Part shown: positions 10,366-18,835 of the stretch, piece after piece
Numbering within the stretch: the first letter of the stretch is position 1
How the letters are laid out: the number at the start of each line of letters is the position of its first letter
Assembly (NCBI GenBank): GCA_963676835.2
Contig: CAXXFF010000002.1
Location: forward strand, 1,056,001-1,120,000
DNA length: 64,000 nucleotides
Direction: 5' to 3'
Source of the DNA: Marispirochaeta sp.
GTDB lineage: Bacteria; Spirochaetota; Spirochaetia; JC444; Marispirochaetaceae
Notes under the pieces: generated by a model
The model's input: only the letters and a program-made list of their open reading frames with translations
What the model was told of the DNA's origin: nothing
The model's database searches: none
Position numbers and translations under genes: made by a program

Positions 10366-10590
10366 CTATTCTCCTTGGTTGGTCGGGTTTACCGAAATTA
10401 TGGTTATTCCCAGGTTGTGCATCTTTTTGAAAACACCGTGAAGAGCGGCCTGATCGGAAATCGGGCCGTGCAAACAGCTGTTCCCGTCATCTGTACGGGT
10501 TATGGTCAGCCCATCAAAATGGTTCTCCCAGTCCGTATTCAGAAATCCTTTGATCTGTATTGAGTAGTGATCCGGTTCATTCATTTTCAT
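10366..10590 (-). CDS. Small conserved protein of the type found next to MalT-like LuxR genes
   Basis: YSIQIKG.L...W...FDGL...L.G.I.DQAALHG...LG..IISV pattern. Confidence 0.75.
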   Translation of the reverse strand: MKMNEPDHYSIQIKGFLNTDWENHFDGLTITRTDDGNSCLHGPISDQAALHGVFKKMHNLGITIISVNPTNQGE

Positions 10591-10622
10591 GTTCACAAAT
10601 TTAATGCGGGCGAGATGAAAAA

Positions 10623-10665
10623 AAACCACAGCAAACTGTAGTTTGACTGCGGAATGCTGTAGTTT
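10623..10665. promoter_or_regulatory. Repeated boxes, candidate activator binding sites
   Basis: CTGTAGTTT at 10636 and 10657 (21-bp period) plus an inverted copy AAACCACAG at 10623. Confidence 0.5.
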
Positions 10666-10710
10666 TGGAAAGGTTTAGAGAGAGAAAAAGGGGAGACGGC
10701 AACCCCAAGG

Positions 10711-13335
10711 TTACATGAGCCTCAGTTCCCGGGCTTTCGCAATAGCCTGGGTACGGTTTCTGACTCCCAGTTTACCAAAGATATTTTTGGTGTGATAGAG
10801 AACAGTGTTGAGACTGATGAAGAGCTTTTCCCCGATCTCTCTGTTTTTCAATCCCTCTGCAATGAGTTCCAGTATTTCCAGTTCCCGGGCACTCAGTATT
10901 TCAGGAACTGCAATTCCCTTGTCTATCCCATCTGATTGCATTGCAGATTTAAAAGCTGCTGAAAGCTGCTCAGCATAATCAGGGTGTATTCCCTGAATTA
11001 CAGCATTTGAAATCAGTTTTGCCATTTCCCGGCCTTCATCAAGAAAGGATCTGATAAAGCCTTCCTGTTCTGCCAGATGCATGGCATCTGCCAGATGGTC
11101 CACTGCTTTGTCGGGTGATCCATTGGCGGAATGCGACAGTGTCTGAAGTATTATAATCCTGAGCAGTTCATCCTGATATCCTGAAGCTTCCATCTGAACT
11201 CTCAGGGGATTCAGGATGGCCAGGGCGGCGGACGGATCTTTCCGGTGAAGCTGTACCCGGGCAAGCGAAAGCGGTAGGGTATACCTTTCTGCCAGTTCAT
11301 TAGCTCCTTCGGAATTGTCCTTATGGAGCAGGATCAGAATTTGCATCCCGGCGATTTGGGGCATTCTGAACTCAAATTGATTCCGGCGGACATACTTTTC
11401 TGCTTCAATCAGATCCGATTCCGCGGCCTTCCAGTCATCTTTTGCTATCCCGATCCGGGCGTTGATAATTTTATACGAAGCGAAGGAGTCAATACTATCT
11501 GTGTATCTGGTCATTTCCAGACCCCGGGATGCATACCGGGAGGCGGTTTCCAGATCATTCCATTCATAGTGTATTCTCGCCAGTCCCAGAAAAGCCTCGC
11601 AGGCGATGGTATGGGGAGGATCGCCGGCCAGGCGGATTCCCTCTTTGTATGTCTCCGCTGCCTGCAGGAGCTGGTTATTCGACTCCAGGATCTGCCCCAG
11701 GGTTATGGTGGCGGCAGTGGTATACAGAGAATCACAGCCTATGGCAATGGCTTCCCCGTAGGCTGATGCTGCAGCCTGCCGGTCCCCCTTAAGGTGGAAT
11801 ACGAAGCCTGATGTCCAATGAGCAATGGTGCGGAATATTCTATTTCCGGAACCCAGATATTTTTTCGCCAATTGTGATTGGGTAAAAATAAGCTCGGCAT
11901 CATTCTGAATCACTCCCAGGGTCGCCCGTATTGCGGCTATGCGCCCTGCAAGATCCATTGAGTCATCCCCGGCGGCTTGATTGTCCGATACTGCTTCCGC
12001 TGCACATAACTTCTTTTCAACAGCGGTATGCTGACCCGCAAGCAGTAAAGCTGAGGCATATATTACCCAGAGGATCGGATTCTTATCCATTTCGGTACTG
12101 GATACAGTCTCCAGCCATTTCAAAACATTGGGAGCTGCTCCCCGAAAGTAGAGGGGGACGTCCCCTGCTTCAACAAGACCCATCGCCCGAACTGTGTCAT
12201 TCGCAGCAGCGGCATATTCCAGTGCTTCGATTTCGAGGCCGTTTTGCTCAAACCATTCACTTGCCCGGAGATGTAAGGAATGAGTTTTGGGCAGTTTCCC
12301 TTGTCTTGACGATTGTGCTCCGGTTTTCAGTTTCTGACGCAGCAGGTCGGCGAACAGGTGGTGATACCGGAACCAACGCCGTTCATTATCCAGGGGAATC
12401 AGGAATAAATTGCTTTGTTCGAGCCGATTCAGGATTTTCTGTCCCGAAGCAGTATCATCGCGGGTAACTGCATCGCACAAAGATCCGCACAGACGATTGA
12501 GAATGGATGTCTGTAGAAGAAATGCCATGATTTCTTCTGATTGCCGGCCAAGCACTTCTTCCATCAGGTAGTCCAGTATGAATCTGTGGCTTCCGGAGAA
12601 GGAATCTATGAAGCTGCTGACATCCCCGAGACCCTGCATGGATATTGCGGCTAACTGCAGACCTGTAATCCATCCTTCGGTTCTTTTTTCCAGCCGTGCA
12701 ACATCAGCGGCGCTGATATCCAGGCCTGCTTTACTGTTGAGGAATTCAGATGCCTCATCTATGGTGAACTGAAGGTCTGCGACACGGATTTCTGTCAGCT
12801 GACCCCCGGCACGCAATCTGGCTACGGGTAAATCAGGATCCTCCCGGGTTGCAATAATCAGATGCATCTGCTGCGGCATGTTTTCAAGCAGGAAGGCAAC
12901 TATGGTAGCGACATCCGTGGAATCAATTACATGATAGTCGTCAAGAACCATTACAAAATCACTGTCTATCAAACTGATTTCGTTCAGCAGAGGGGGCAGA
13001 ACGGATTCTGTATCCGGTGGTTGCGGCGACAGAAGCATTGCCAGCAGAGCGTCGCCCAGGCCCTCAGCAATAGTCTGCAGTGAGGAAATAACATATGCCA
13101 GAAATCTCCCGGGATCATTTTCTCCCCGATCCAGGGATAGCCAGGCGACAGCGGGATTTATCTCTTCAATCCAGTCACTGAGAAGAGTTGTTTTCCCGGA
13201 ACCCGGAGACGCGGTAATAAGTGTAAGGGCTCCCTGGGTACCCGAACTGAGTTTCTGAAGGAGCCGGGGACGGGAAACGATTTTGGATTTTACCTTCGGG
13301 GTAAATAACTTTGTCTGCAGAAGGGCAGCAGGCAT
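10711..13335 (-). CDS. MalT-like STAND ATPase / TPR / LuxR-HTH regulator
   Basis: TKLF.P, ASPGSGKTT, WLSLD, VLDDYH, TEGW, FRYHHLF; C-terminal LSARELEIL...NREIG..LFIS..TV. Confidence 0.93.
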   Translation of the reverse strand: MPAALLQTKLFTPKVKSKIVSRPRLLQKLSSGTQGALTLITASPGSGKTTLLSDWIEEINPAVAWLSLDRGENDPGRFLAYVISSLQTIAEGLGDALLAMLLSPQPPDTESVLPPLLNEISLIDSDFVMVLDDYHVIDSTDVATIVAFLLENMPQQMHLIIATREDPDLPVARLRAGGQLTEIRVADLQFTIDEASEFLNSKAGLDISAADVARLEKRTEGWITGLQLAAISMQGLGDVSSFIDSFSGSHRFILDYLMEEVLGRQSEEIMAFLLQTSILNRLCGSLCDAVTRDDTASGQKILNRLEQSNLFLIPLDNERRWFRYHHLFADLLRQKLKTGAQSSRQGKLPKTHSLHLRASEWFEQNGLEIEALEYAAAANDTVRAMGLVEAGDVPLYFRGAAPNVLKWLETVSSTEMDKNPILWVIYASALLLAGQHTAVEKKLCAAEAVSDNQAAGDDSMDLAGRIAAIRATLGVIQNDAELIFTQSQLAKKYLGSGNRIFRTIAHWTSGFVFHLKGDRQAAASAYGEAIAIGCDSLYTTAATITLGQILESNNQLLQAAETYKEGIRLAGDPPHTIACEAFLGLARIHYEWNDLETASRYASRGLEMTRYTDSIDSFASYKIINARIGIAKDDWKAAESDLIEAEKYVRRNQFEFRMPQIAGMQILILLHKDNSEGANELAERYTLPLSLARVQLHRKDPSAALAILNPLRVQMEASGYQDELLRIIILQTLSHSANGSPDKAVDHLADAMHLAEQEGFIRSFLDEGREMAKLISNAVIQGIHPDYAEQLSAAFKSAMQSDGIDKGIAVPEILSARELEILELIAEGLKNREIGEKLFISLNTVLYHTKNIFGKLGVRNRTQAIAKARELRLM

Positions 13336-13540
13336 ATGTCGAGTATACGGGATAGTTCATTTATTGGTAAGTAACCGGTTACGTGCGGAGGTATCCATTA
13401 TTGGAAAGAAATTACAGGAGTTAACAGCTGCCTGTATGCACCGGACATGTATACAAATACTGAGGTCTGCGGAATATGTCTGACAGACCAGTAAAAAACA
13501 TTCCCTGACCCATCCTTCCTAACAGAAGCAGTTTGATAAG

Positions 13541-13563
13541 GAATTCCAATCAGTTTGGAATTC
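13541..13563. promoter_or_regulatory. 9-5-9 palindrome, candidate operator of the rubredoxin/rubrerythrin operon
   Basis: GAATTCCAA-tcagt-TTGGAATTC about 80 bp before ATG 13645. Confidence 0.45.
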
Positions 13564-13644
13564 ACCAAACATAAATCAGCATATGCACATAATCCATGAT
13601 AAACTTTTGTTATCAGATCTTAAATAAAGGAGTCTCATGGGTTT

Positions 13645-14319
13645 ATGAAGAAGTATGTCTGTTCCATCTGCGGTTATATCTATGATGAAGCATCCGGTTA
13701 TCCGGAAGGGAACATTACTCCCGGGACTGTATGGGCAGATGTCCCTTCCTCGTTTGTCTGCCCGCTTTGCGGCGCTTCTAAATCTGAATTTAATGAAAAG
13801 AAAGATGAGAGTACAAAATTGTCTGCTTCATCAACGGCAAACAGCTCTGCTTCCCTTCCGGATGACATCAGCTATACAGCCGCAGAATTATCTGCCGTCT
13901 TTTCCAATCTGGCAAAGGGCTGTGAGAAGCAGTATTATCCCGGGATGGCCCAACTCTACAATGAGCTGGCATCCTACTACAACAGCAAATCCGGAAATTT
14001 GGGCCGTCCGGAGTTTGATAATCTGCAAGCCCTTCTTCAGGATGATCTATCAGCACATTTCGCATCTGCCAATGAAGTGGCCGGAAAGCATCATGACCGG
14101 GGGGCTCTGCGCTCGTTGAAATGGGCAGAACAGGTTTCACGGATGCAAAATTCCCATCTGAATAAGCTTGAATCTGGTTCGGCAGATTTTCTTAAAGAAA
14201 CCAATGTCTTTGTGTGTGATATCTGCGGGTTTATCTATGTGGGTGATGAGAAACCGGAAATATGTCCGGTCTGCAAGGTTCCTAGTATAAAGATGACACA
14301 GGTCAGAAGGAGCGCTTGA
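13645..14319 (+). CDS. Rubredoxin-domain protein (N-terminal rubredoxin, C-terminal rubredoxin-like)
   Basis: [11 protein letters not shown]...[17 protein letters not shown]...CPVC. Confidence 0.88.
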   Translation: MKKYVCSICGYIYDEASGYPEGNITPGTVWADVPSSFVCPLCGASKSEFNEKKDESTKLSASSTANSSASLPDDISYTAAELSAVFSNLAKGCEKQYYPGMAQLYNELASYYNSKSGNLGRPEFDNLQALLQDDLSAHFASANEVAGKHHDRGALRSLKWAEQVSRMQNSHLNKLESGSADFLKETNVFVCDICGFIYVGDEKPEICPVCKVPSIKMTQVRRSA

Positions 14320-14320
14320 T

Positions 14321-15316
14321 ATGCATGCAGTAAGAAATATACGGCTCTGTACAAAAGACTGCCTGTGCCTTTACGTTTGCCCCACCGGCGCGACGGATAC
14401 AGAAACAGGTCAGATTGATGCAGAAAAATGTTTGAGCGGCTGCCGTTTGTGTGTGGATGCCTGTCCCTCTCATGCAATCTCGCTGGTCCCCGAAACGTTT
14501 CCTGTGCAGCAGAAAACATCAGATGAGGTTAAAAAAGCCCTGGGAATACTATCCAAAAGTAAGACAGAACAGGAGCTTATAGCATTTAAAATTGGTAAAG
14601 AATCCGAAAACCCGATGGTCAGGCAGCTGGCCACTGCGATTGGAATGTCCAACAGAATTATGGCGGAGGATCTGTTAAGAGAAGCAGGCTTCATGCTTCC
14701 CCAGAGTGATAATGCGAAAGTATTACTTAGAAAATTATTGGCCGAAAACAGGGACAATGATTTACCCGAAGAAACGGTGAAAAAATTAATTGGTCTTTTA
14801 GATACAAACAATACAGAGGAGAAGCTCATGTCTAAAACCACAGACAATTTAATGGAAGCCTTTGCCGGAGAGTCTCAGGCAAACAGAAAGTATCTTGCAT
14901 TTGCCAGGAAAGCAGAGAAGGAAGGGTATTTGAATGCCGCCAAGCTGTTTAAGGCGGCCTCCGATGCAGAGACCATTCATGCACTTAAGCATTTTGAGGT
15001 AGCGGGAAAAGTTGGTTCCACCATGGATAATTTGAAGTCTGGAGTAGACGGGGAAACTCATGAATACAAAGAGATGTATCCGCCCTTTGTAGAGCAGGCT
15101 GAAGCGGAAGGCAACAAAGATGCAGTAAGAACCTTTACCTTTGCAATGAAAGCGGAAGAGGTTCATGCCGGATTGTATCAGGAAGCCATGAATAATCTGG
15201 AAAGCACGGAAGAGGTTTTCTATTATCTGTGTCCTGTGTGCGGGAATATTGAGAAAGCTATTCCCGGAAAATGCCCTATCTGCGGTGTTCCCGGGGAGAA
15301 ATTTATCAAGTATTAA
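14321..15316 (+). CDS. 4Fe-4S ferredoxin-domain protein fused in frame to rubrerythrin
   Basis: CTKDCLCLYVCP and CLSGCRLCVDACP; from M170: AFAGESQA, ETIH, ETHE, EEVH, CPVCG..CPICG. Confidence 0.88.
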   Translation: MHAVRNIRLCTKDCLCLYVCPTGATDTETGQIDAEKCLSGCRLCVDACPSHAISLVPETFPVQQKTSDEVKKALGILSKSKTEQELIAFKIGKESENPMVRQLATAIGMSNRIMAEDLLREAGFMLPQSDNAKVLLRKLLAENRDNDLPEETVKKLIGLLDTNNTEEKLMSKTTDNLMEAFAGESQANRKYLAFARKAEKEGYLNAAKLFKAASDAETIHALKHFEVAGKVGSTMDNLKSGVDGETHEYKEMYPPFVEQAEAEGNKDAVRTFTFAMKAEEVHAGLYQEAMNNLESTEEVFYYLCPVCGNIEKAIPGKCPICGVPGEKFIKY

Positions 15317-15339
15317 ATCATTTTCTGTTATGTAAATAT

Positions 15340-15367
15340 AGGGGTGTCTACTCGGGTAGGCAGCCCT
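15340..15367 (+). terminator. Hairpin terminator
   Basis: AGGG.TGTCTAC-tcgg-GTAGGCA.CCCT followed by GTTT. Confidence 0.55.
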
Positions 15368-15546
15368 GTTTATAATTGTTGTCCTGAAGAAAATTTGGAC
15401 CTACGCCTGAAACCCCGGACTATTACCTGAACTATGTGCAATCCGTTATGTAGTATATCGAACCATTTTATACTGTCTTGAGGCCCGTTTATGAAGGATG
15501 TCATCCAAATATACCTCTGGACTTTTCGATTAAAAGTATCACTTTT

Positions 15547-15861
15547 TCAGGACGCTTTTGGATGTATCTTGTTGTACTCTTCCTGATGTTTTTCCTTCGC
15601 AACATCAAGGTCATATAGCGACTGAAGATTTATCCAATACTCAGCAGATGTCCCAAAAAATCTGGACAAGCGAATTGCTGTGTCTGCCGTTATCTTGCGG
15701 GTACCGTTTATAATTCTTGAGATCCTCATTGGATCAACATTGATGCCCTTTGCCAATTCATACGCAGTTATTCCCATGGCATCAAGAAAATCTTCCTTGA
15801 GTACTTCGCCTGGAGTGGTCAGCTCAATCAGCTCATCGCAATACTGTTTATTTTCATTCAT
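15547..15861 (-). CDS. higA: HigA antitoxin
   Basis: PGEVLKEDFL, ITADTAIRL, YWINLQ..YDL. Confidence 0.93.
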   Translation of the reverse strand: MNENKQYCDELIELTTPGEVLKEDFLDAMGITAYELAKGINVDPMRISRIINGTRKITADTAIRLSRFFGTSAEYWINLQSLYDLDVAKEKHQEEYNKIHPKAS

Positions 15862-15872
15862 CTCACAGCTCC

Positions 15873-16154
15873 CTAATGATAATCACAAAATTCTACATCA
15901 AATGCATGCCCATTTTCCCAACGGAAGCATATGCGCCATTGATCATTAACCCGTATAGAATGTTGCCCTTTGCGATCACCTTTTAAAGCTTCCAGTTTAT
16001 TGCCTGGAGGGATTCTCAGGTCCTCAAGAGCAACGGAGCTCTCAATATTCCGCAGCCCTTTCAAGGCTTTTTTCGCCAATTCCGGATGCATACCTTTTTT
16101 CAACCTTCTGTTGAAAATGGCTTCTGTATTTTTATCAGCGAAACTTTTAATCAT
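15873..16154 (-). CDS. higB: HigB (RelE-fold) toxin
   Basis: MIKSF, PPGNKLEAL.GDR.GQHSIRVNDQWRICF, DYH. Confidence 0.95.
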   Translation of the reverse strand: MIKSFADKNTEAIFNRRLKKGMHPELAKKALKGLRNIESSVALEDLRIPPGNKLEALKGDRKGQHSIRVNDQWRICFRWENGHAFDVEFCDYH

Positions 16155-16159
16155 GGTAC

Positions 16160-16194
16160 ATTATAGCGCTGCAAGCTAATAGCGTAAAGAGCTA
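16160..16194 (-). promoter_or_regulatory. higBA promoter with two TAGC-N7-GCTA operators
   Basis: -10 TATAAT at 16160-16165, 5 nt from the ATG; palindromes at 16164-16178 and 16180-16194. Confidence 0.6.
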
Positions 16195-16314
16195 TTGTTG
16201 TGTCCCGTGCGGAAAGGTGATCTGTCTATTAGTGTTCAATCTTTAAGGCTCGTTGCGGACCTCTGTTCGGGATGAACTTCGAAGGTTAAAGTCGGCCGCG
16301 CCGTGCCGGATAAT

Positions 16315-16414
16315 CGGGCTAATCGCGCCGTGCTCATTCAGGAGGTTCAAGTACTCTTTATCTACCAATAAAAAAAGGCCACTCTCTATTCGAAAGTAGC
16401 CTTTTCCCATTGCC
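16315..16414. repeat. tRNA-linked repeat, copy 3
   Basis: GCTCATTCAGGAGGTTCAAGTACTC...AAAAAAAGGCCACTCTCTATTCGAAAGTAGCCTTTT, closely matching 18171-18265. Confidence 0.85.
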
Positions 16415-16430
16415 ATGCACATGCTCTAAC

Positions 16431-16481
16431 GTAATTTCCTGCGGAAATCACTGCCGCATGTTTCGGTTTGCGAATCCGCTT
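16431..16481. repeat. ~50-bp hairpin repeat, copy A
   Basis: GTAATTTCCTGCGGAAATCACTGCCGCATG...GCGAATCCGCTT. Confidence 0.75.
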
Positions 16482-16746
16482 AATAGCGGCGGCTGTTTCC
16501 CCGACTTTCTGCTTCGTTGACACGTAAATTACGGCCACCAAGATCTGTTCCATTAAGGGCGGAAATAGCAGCAGAAGCAGCGTTGTCGTCTGCCATTTCA
16601 ACAAATCCAAACCCTTTTGATCGCTGTGTGTCCCGATCTGTGATAATGCGGGCAGAGGTTACTTCACCGTACTGTGCAAAAAGCTCGCTCAGTTCGGTCT
16701 CTGTGGTATTCCAACTCATGTTACCAACATAAATGTTCTTAGACAT
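16480..16746 (-). CDS. RNA recognition motif (RRM) RNA-binding protein
   Basis: RNP2 IYVGNM, RNP1 KGFGFVEM, LRVNEA. Confidence 0.95.
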   Translation of the reverse strand: MSKNIYVGNMSWNTTETELSELFAQYGEVTSARIITDRDTQRSKGFGFVEMADDNAASAAISALNGTDLGGRNLRVNEAESRGNSRRY

Positions 16747-16901
16747 AATAGTCTCCTGTTCCGGAATTCTCCGGCAAATTTGATTTTACGGAATGAATAT
16801 TGAATATTTGAAACGGAAATTGAAGATGGGAAACAATAGATTTGGTTACTAAAAAATCAATATTTCGGTTCTGCATACAAAAATATCAGACTGTAGATTT
16901 T

Positions 16902-16930
16902 ACTATATGTGGTTTCCCGGGAAGTGTCAA
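16902..16930 (-). promoter_or_regulatory. Sigma70 promoter of the RRM gene
   Basis: TTGACA-17bp-TATAGT. Confidence 0.75.
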
Positions 16931-16982
16931 TAAAGGGTATTTAGCCCTTGCATTGGCATTTTCCTGACCTGCCCATGCTGTC

Positions 16983-17039
16983 GGAATTTCCTGTGCAAAT
17001 CACTGCTGCATAATTGGGTAGGCGAATCGCTTGCCCTAC
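16983..17039. repeat. ~50-bp hairpin repeat, copy B
   Basis: GGAATTTCCTGTGCAAATCACTGCTGCAT...GGCGAATCGCTTGCCCTAC. Confidence 0.7.
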
Positions 17040-17068
17040 GCAGGTCAAGTAATTTTAATATTACGTAT

Positions 17069-17338
17069 CTACACTGCAACATCGTGGAAATTCATTCCCA
17101 AGGCAGCCATCGCTTTGAAATAGGTGTCGATATTGCAGTTCTCTCCATTCTCGATTTTACTTACCTGTTGCTGGGTAAGATGAGCCAGACGGGCGATTAC
17201 TCCTTGTGATAACCCTTCTTCCTCGCGTTTTCGAGCAATTGCTACAGCCAAATCCACTCTTAGTTTTTCAGCTTGAACACGGCTGTCAAAACCGGGATCG
17301 TTTTTACGGAGTGAATCCTTGAAATCGTTGTATTTCAT
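17069..17338 (-). CDS. XRE-family HTH antitoxin
   Basis: R...GLSQ..IA....LTQQQVSKIENG; overlaps the upstream toxin gene. Confidence 0.85.
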   Translation of the reverse strand: MKYNDFKDSLRKNDPGFDSRVQAEKLRVDLAVAIARKREEEGLSQGVIARLAHLTQQQVSKIENGENCNIDTYFKAMAALGMNFHDVAV

Positions 17339-17691
17339 TCTGTCTTCCTTCTTAAGTAAGCAGTTCTAATATCATCCGCTTTCTTAATCTCTTTCTCAGG
17401 AACCTTGGAAACATTCTTATAAAATGGGTGGGTAAGCACTATTCGATTCTGAAAGACAAAAAAGTACAGAATTCGAACCTGATTATGAGCAACCTTAATC
17501 CTGAGCTCATGAATCCCATCCCGCAAAATATCAGCATATGGACGTGGGAGGAGAGGTCCCATCTCCTGCAGTTTATCAATCCAGGCAATTATCTTATCCC
17601 TGTGGGATTCTTTCTGCTTTAGTATCCACCTTTCTAATTCGCAGAAACCATCCTCGTTTGAATAGAACTCAATATCCCACTTTAGTTTCAT
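17335..17691 (-). CDS. RelE/ParE (Gp49-like) toxin
   Basis: IEFY, GPLLPRPY, GIHELR, RILYFF, LTH.FYK...VP..EI. Confidence 0.88.
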   Translation of the reverse strand: MKLKWDIEFYSNEDGFCELERWILKQKESHRDKIIAWIDKLQEMGPLLPRPYADILRDGIHELRIKVAHNQVRILYFFVFQNRIVLTHPFYKNVSKVPEKEIKKADDIRTAYLRRKTE

Positions 17692-17698
17692 GAATACA

Positions 17699-17727
17699 AA
17701 TCTACATCTAAAATGATGTAAATGCAA
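17699..17727 (-). promoter_or_regulatory. Promoter of the RelE/XRE pair with overlapping operator
   Basis: TTGCAT-17-TAGATT, 7 nt before the ATG; palindrome TACATC-N6-GATGTA (17703-17720). Confidence 0.6.
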
Positions 17728-17864
17728 GTGTGAGGATTGGGGCTTACGGTTTGAAGTACTTAGTGCATGTGCAGGTAGGATATGGGGTTGATGCAACTTC
17801 CATGAGGACAGTATCTATATGCCATAGCTTTAGGTCTTCATGGAAATTTTCGGTGTGTGTTTTC

Positions 17865-17914
17865 GTTATTTACTGCGTAAATCACTGCCGCAAGTTTGGG
17901 CTGCGATATCGCTT
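17865..17914. repeat. ~50-bp hairpin repeat, copy C
   Basis: GTTATTTACTGCGTAAATCACTGCCGCAAG...GCGATATCGCTT. Confidence 0.75.
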
Positions 17915-17928
17915 TGCGAATCGCTGTG

Positions 17929-18083
17929 CCCGCCCTTCATTCGCTGGCGTCCGGCATCCCTGCCGGACTTCCGGTGCTAATCGCACCGCGCTCATTCCGG
18001 AGGTTTAAGTTCTCTTTATCTGCCCAAAAAATAAGGCCACTCTCTGACGAGAGCAGCCTAATTTCTTTGCCCAGAAGAGGACT
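17929..18083. repeat. tRNA-linked repeat, copy 2, ending in a 17-bp duplicate of the tRNA-Leu 3' end
   Basis: TTGCCCAGAAGAGGACT at 18067-18083 is identical to 18261-18277; the body aligns with 18123-18260. Confidence 0.85.
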
Positions 18084-18122
18084 GAAGTCTCTGGTCATCG
18101 GCATCGTGCCGATTCCCGCCGA

Positions 18123-18261
18123 CCCGTCCCTCATTCACTGGCGCTCGGCGTCCTGCCTCGCTTCCGCACCTAATCGGTGCGCGTTCATTCAGGGGTTCAA
18201 GTTCTCTTTTTCTTGCCAATAAAAAAAGGCCACTCTCTATTCGAGAGTAGCCTTTTTCTAT
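18123..18261. repeat. tRNA-linked repeat, copy 1, including a terminator-like hairpin
   Basis: AAAAAAAGGCCACTCTC-tattc-GAGAGTAGCCTTTTT; aligns with copies 2 and 3. Confidence 0.85.
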
Positions 18262-18345
18262 TGCCCAGAAGAGGACTTGAACCTCCACCCGGAAACCCGG
18301 ACTAGAACCTGAATCTAGCGCGTCTACCAATTCCGCCACCTGGGC
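18262..18345 (-). tRNA. tRNA-Leu(CAG)
   Basis: GCCCAGGTGGCGGAATTGGTAGACGCG-CTAGA-TTCAGGT-TCTAG-long variable arm-GGAGGTTCAAGTCCTC-TTCTGGGCA; CCA not encoded. Confidence 0.97.
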
Positions 18346-18360
18346 TTAAAGCGTGGACGC

Positions 18361-18389
18361 ATAGTATGCAAAATGATGGCTTTTGTCAA
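18361..18389 (-). promoter_or_regulatory. Sigma70 promoter of tRNA-Leu
   Basis: TTGACA-17bp-TACTAT. Confidence 0.75.
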
Positions 18390-18604
18390 TATAATGTGAC
18401 GCTCATATATAAATACAGTTTTGCATGAAAAAACTTGGCTTGGCATCTTAAAAACATAGTGATGGAAATACGACTCATGTCTGCTTTTCTCCCGAAATGG
18501 AATCGCCAATTCCAAAAACGCAGAGAATAGTGATCTTTGGGAAATAACATGCCATGATGCGATGATGTCTTGATGTAGCGCAATTTACGTAATATCTTTA
18601 TTTT

Positions 18605-18835
18605 ATGCGGACCACGATAAATATAGACGATGATATTTATAAAATTGCTCAAAGTCTTGCGGCGGAAAAAGGTATTTCCATGGGGGCTGCAATCTCTCTG
18701 CTTGCGCGGGACGGGTTAAACATGTCGCGGGATGTTACCTATACCAAGGAGTCAGGCCTCCCGGTTTTTCAGGTTGCAGAAAACGCGGAAATAATAACAT
18801 CGGAAGATATTGCCGCAGCTGAGGATGAAGAGTGA
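18605..18835 (+). CDS. vapB: VapB-type (CopG/RHH) antitoxin
   Basis: MRTTINIDDD, GLPVF, IT.EDI; TGATG repeats upstream. Confidence 0.85.
   Translation: MRTTINIDDDIYKIAQSLAAEKGISMGAAISLLARDGLNMSRDVTYTKESGLPVFQVAENAEIITSEDIAAAEDEE

Noticed and set aside
15370..15546. Possible attC remnant (CCGTTATGT) downstream of higA
   Set aside because: No matching inverse core site or paired stem could be found.
18067..18083. Prophage or ICE attachment site with a large island
   Set aside because: The duplicate is only 194 bp from the tRNA, and there are no integrase or phage genes in the window.
16315..18286. CRISPR array or canonical integron
   Set aside because: Repeats are long, degenerate and irregularly spaced; no cas or intI gene; no properly paired RYYYAAC/GTTRRRY boxes.
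18058..18339. 93-aa ORF across the tRNA
   Set aside because: It is a translation of tRNA-Leu and the adjacent repeat.
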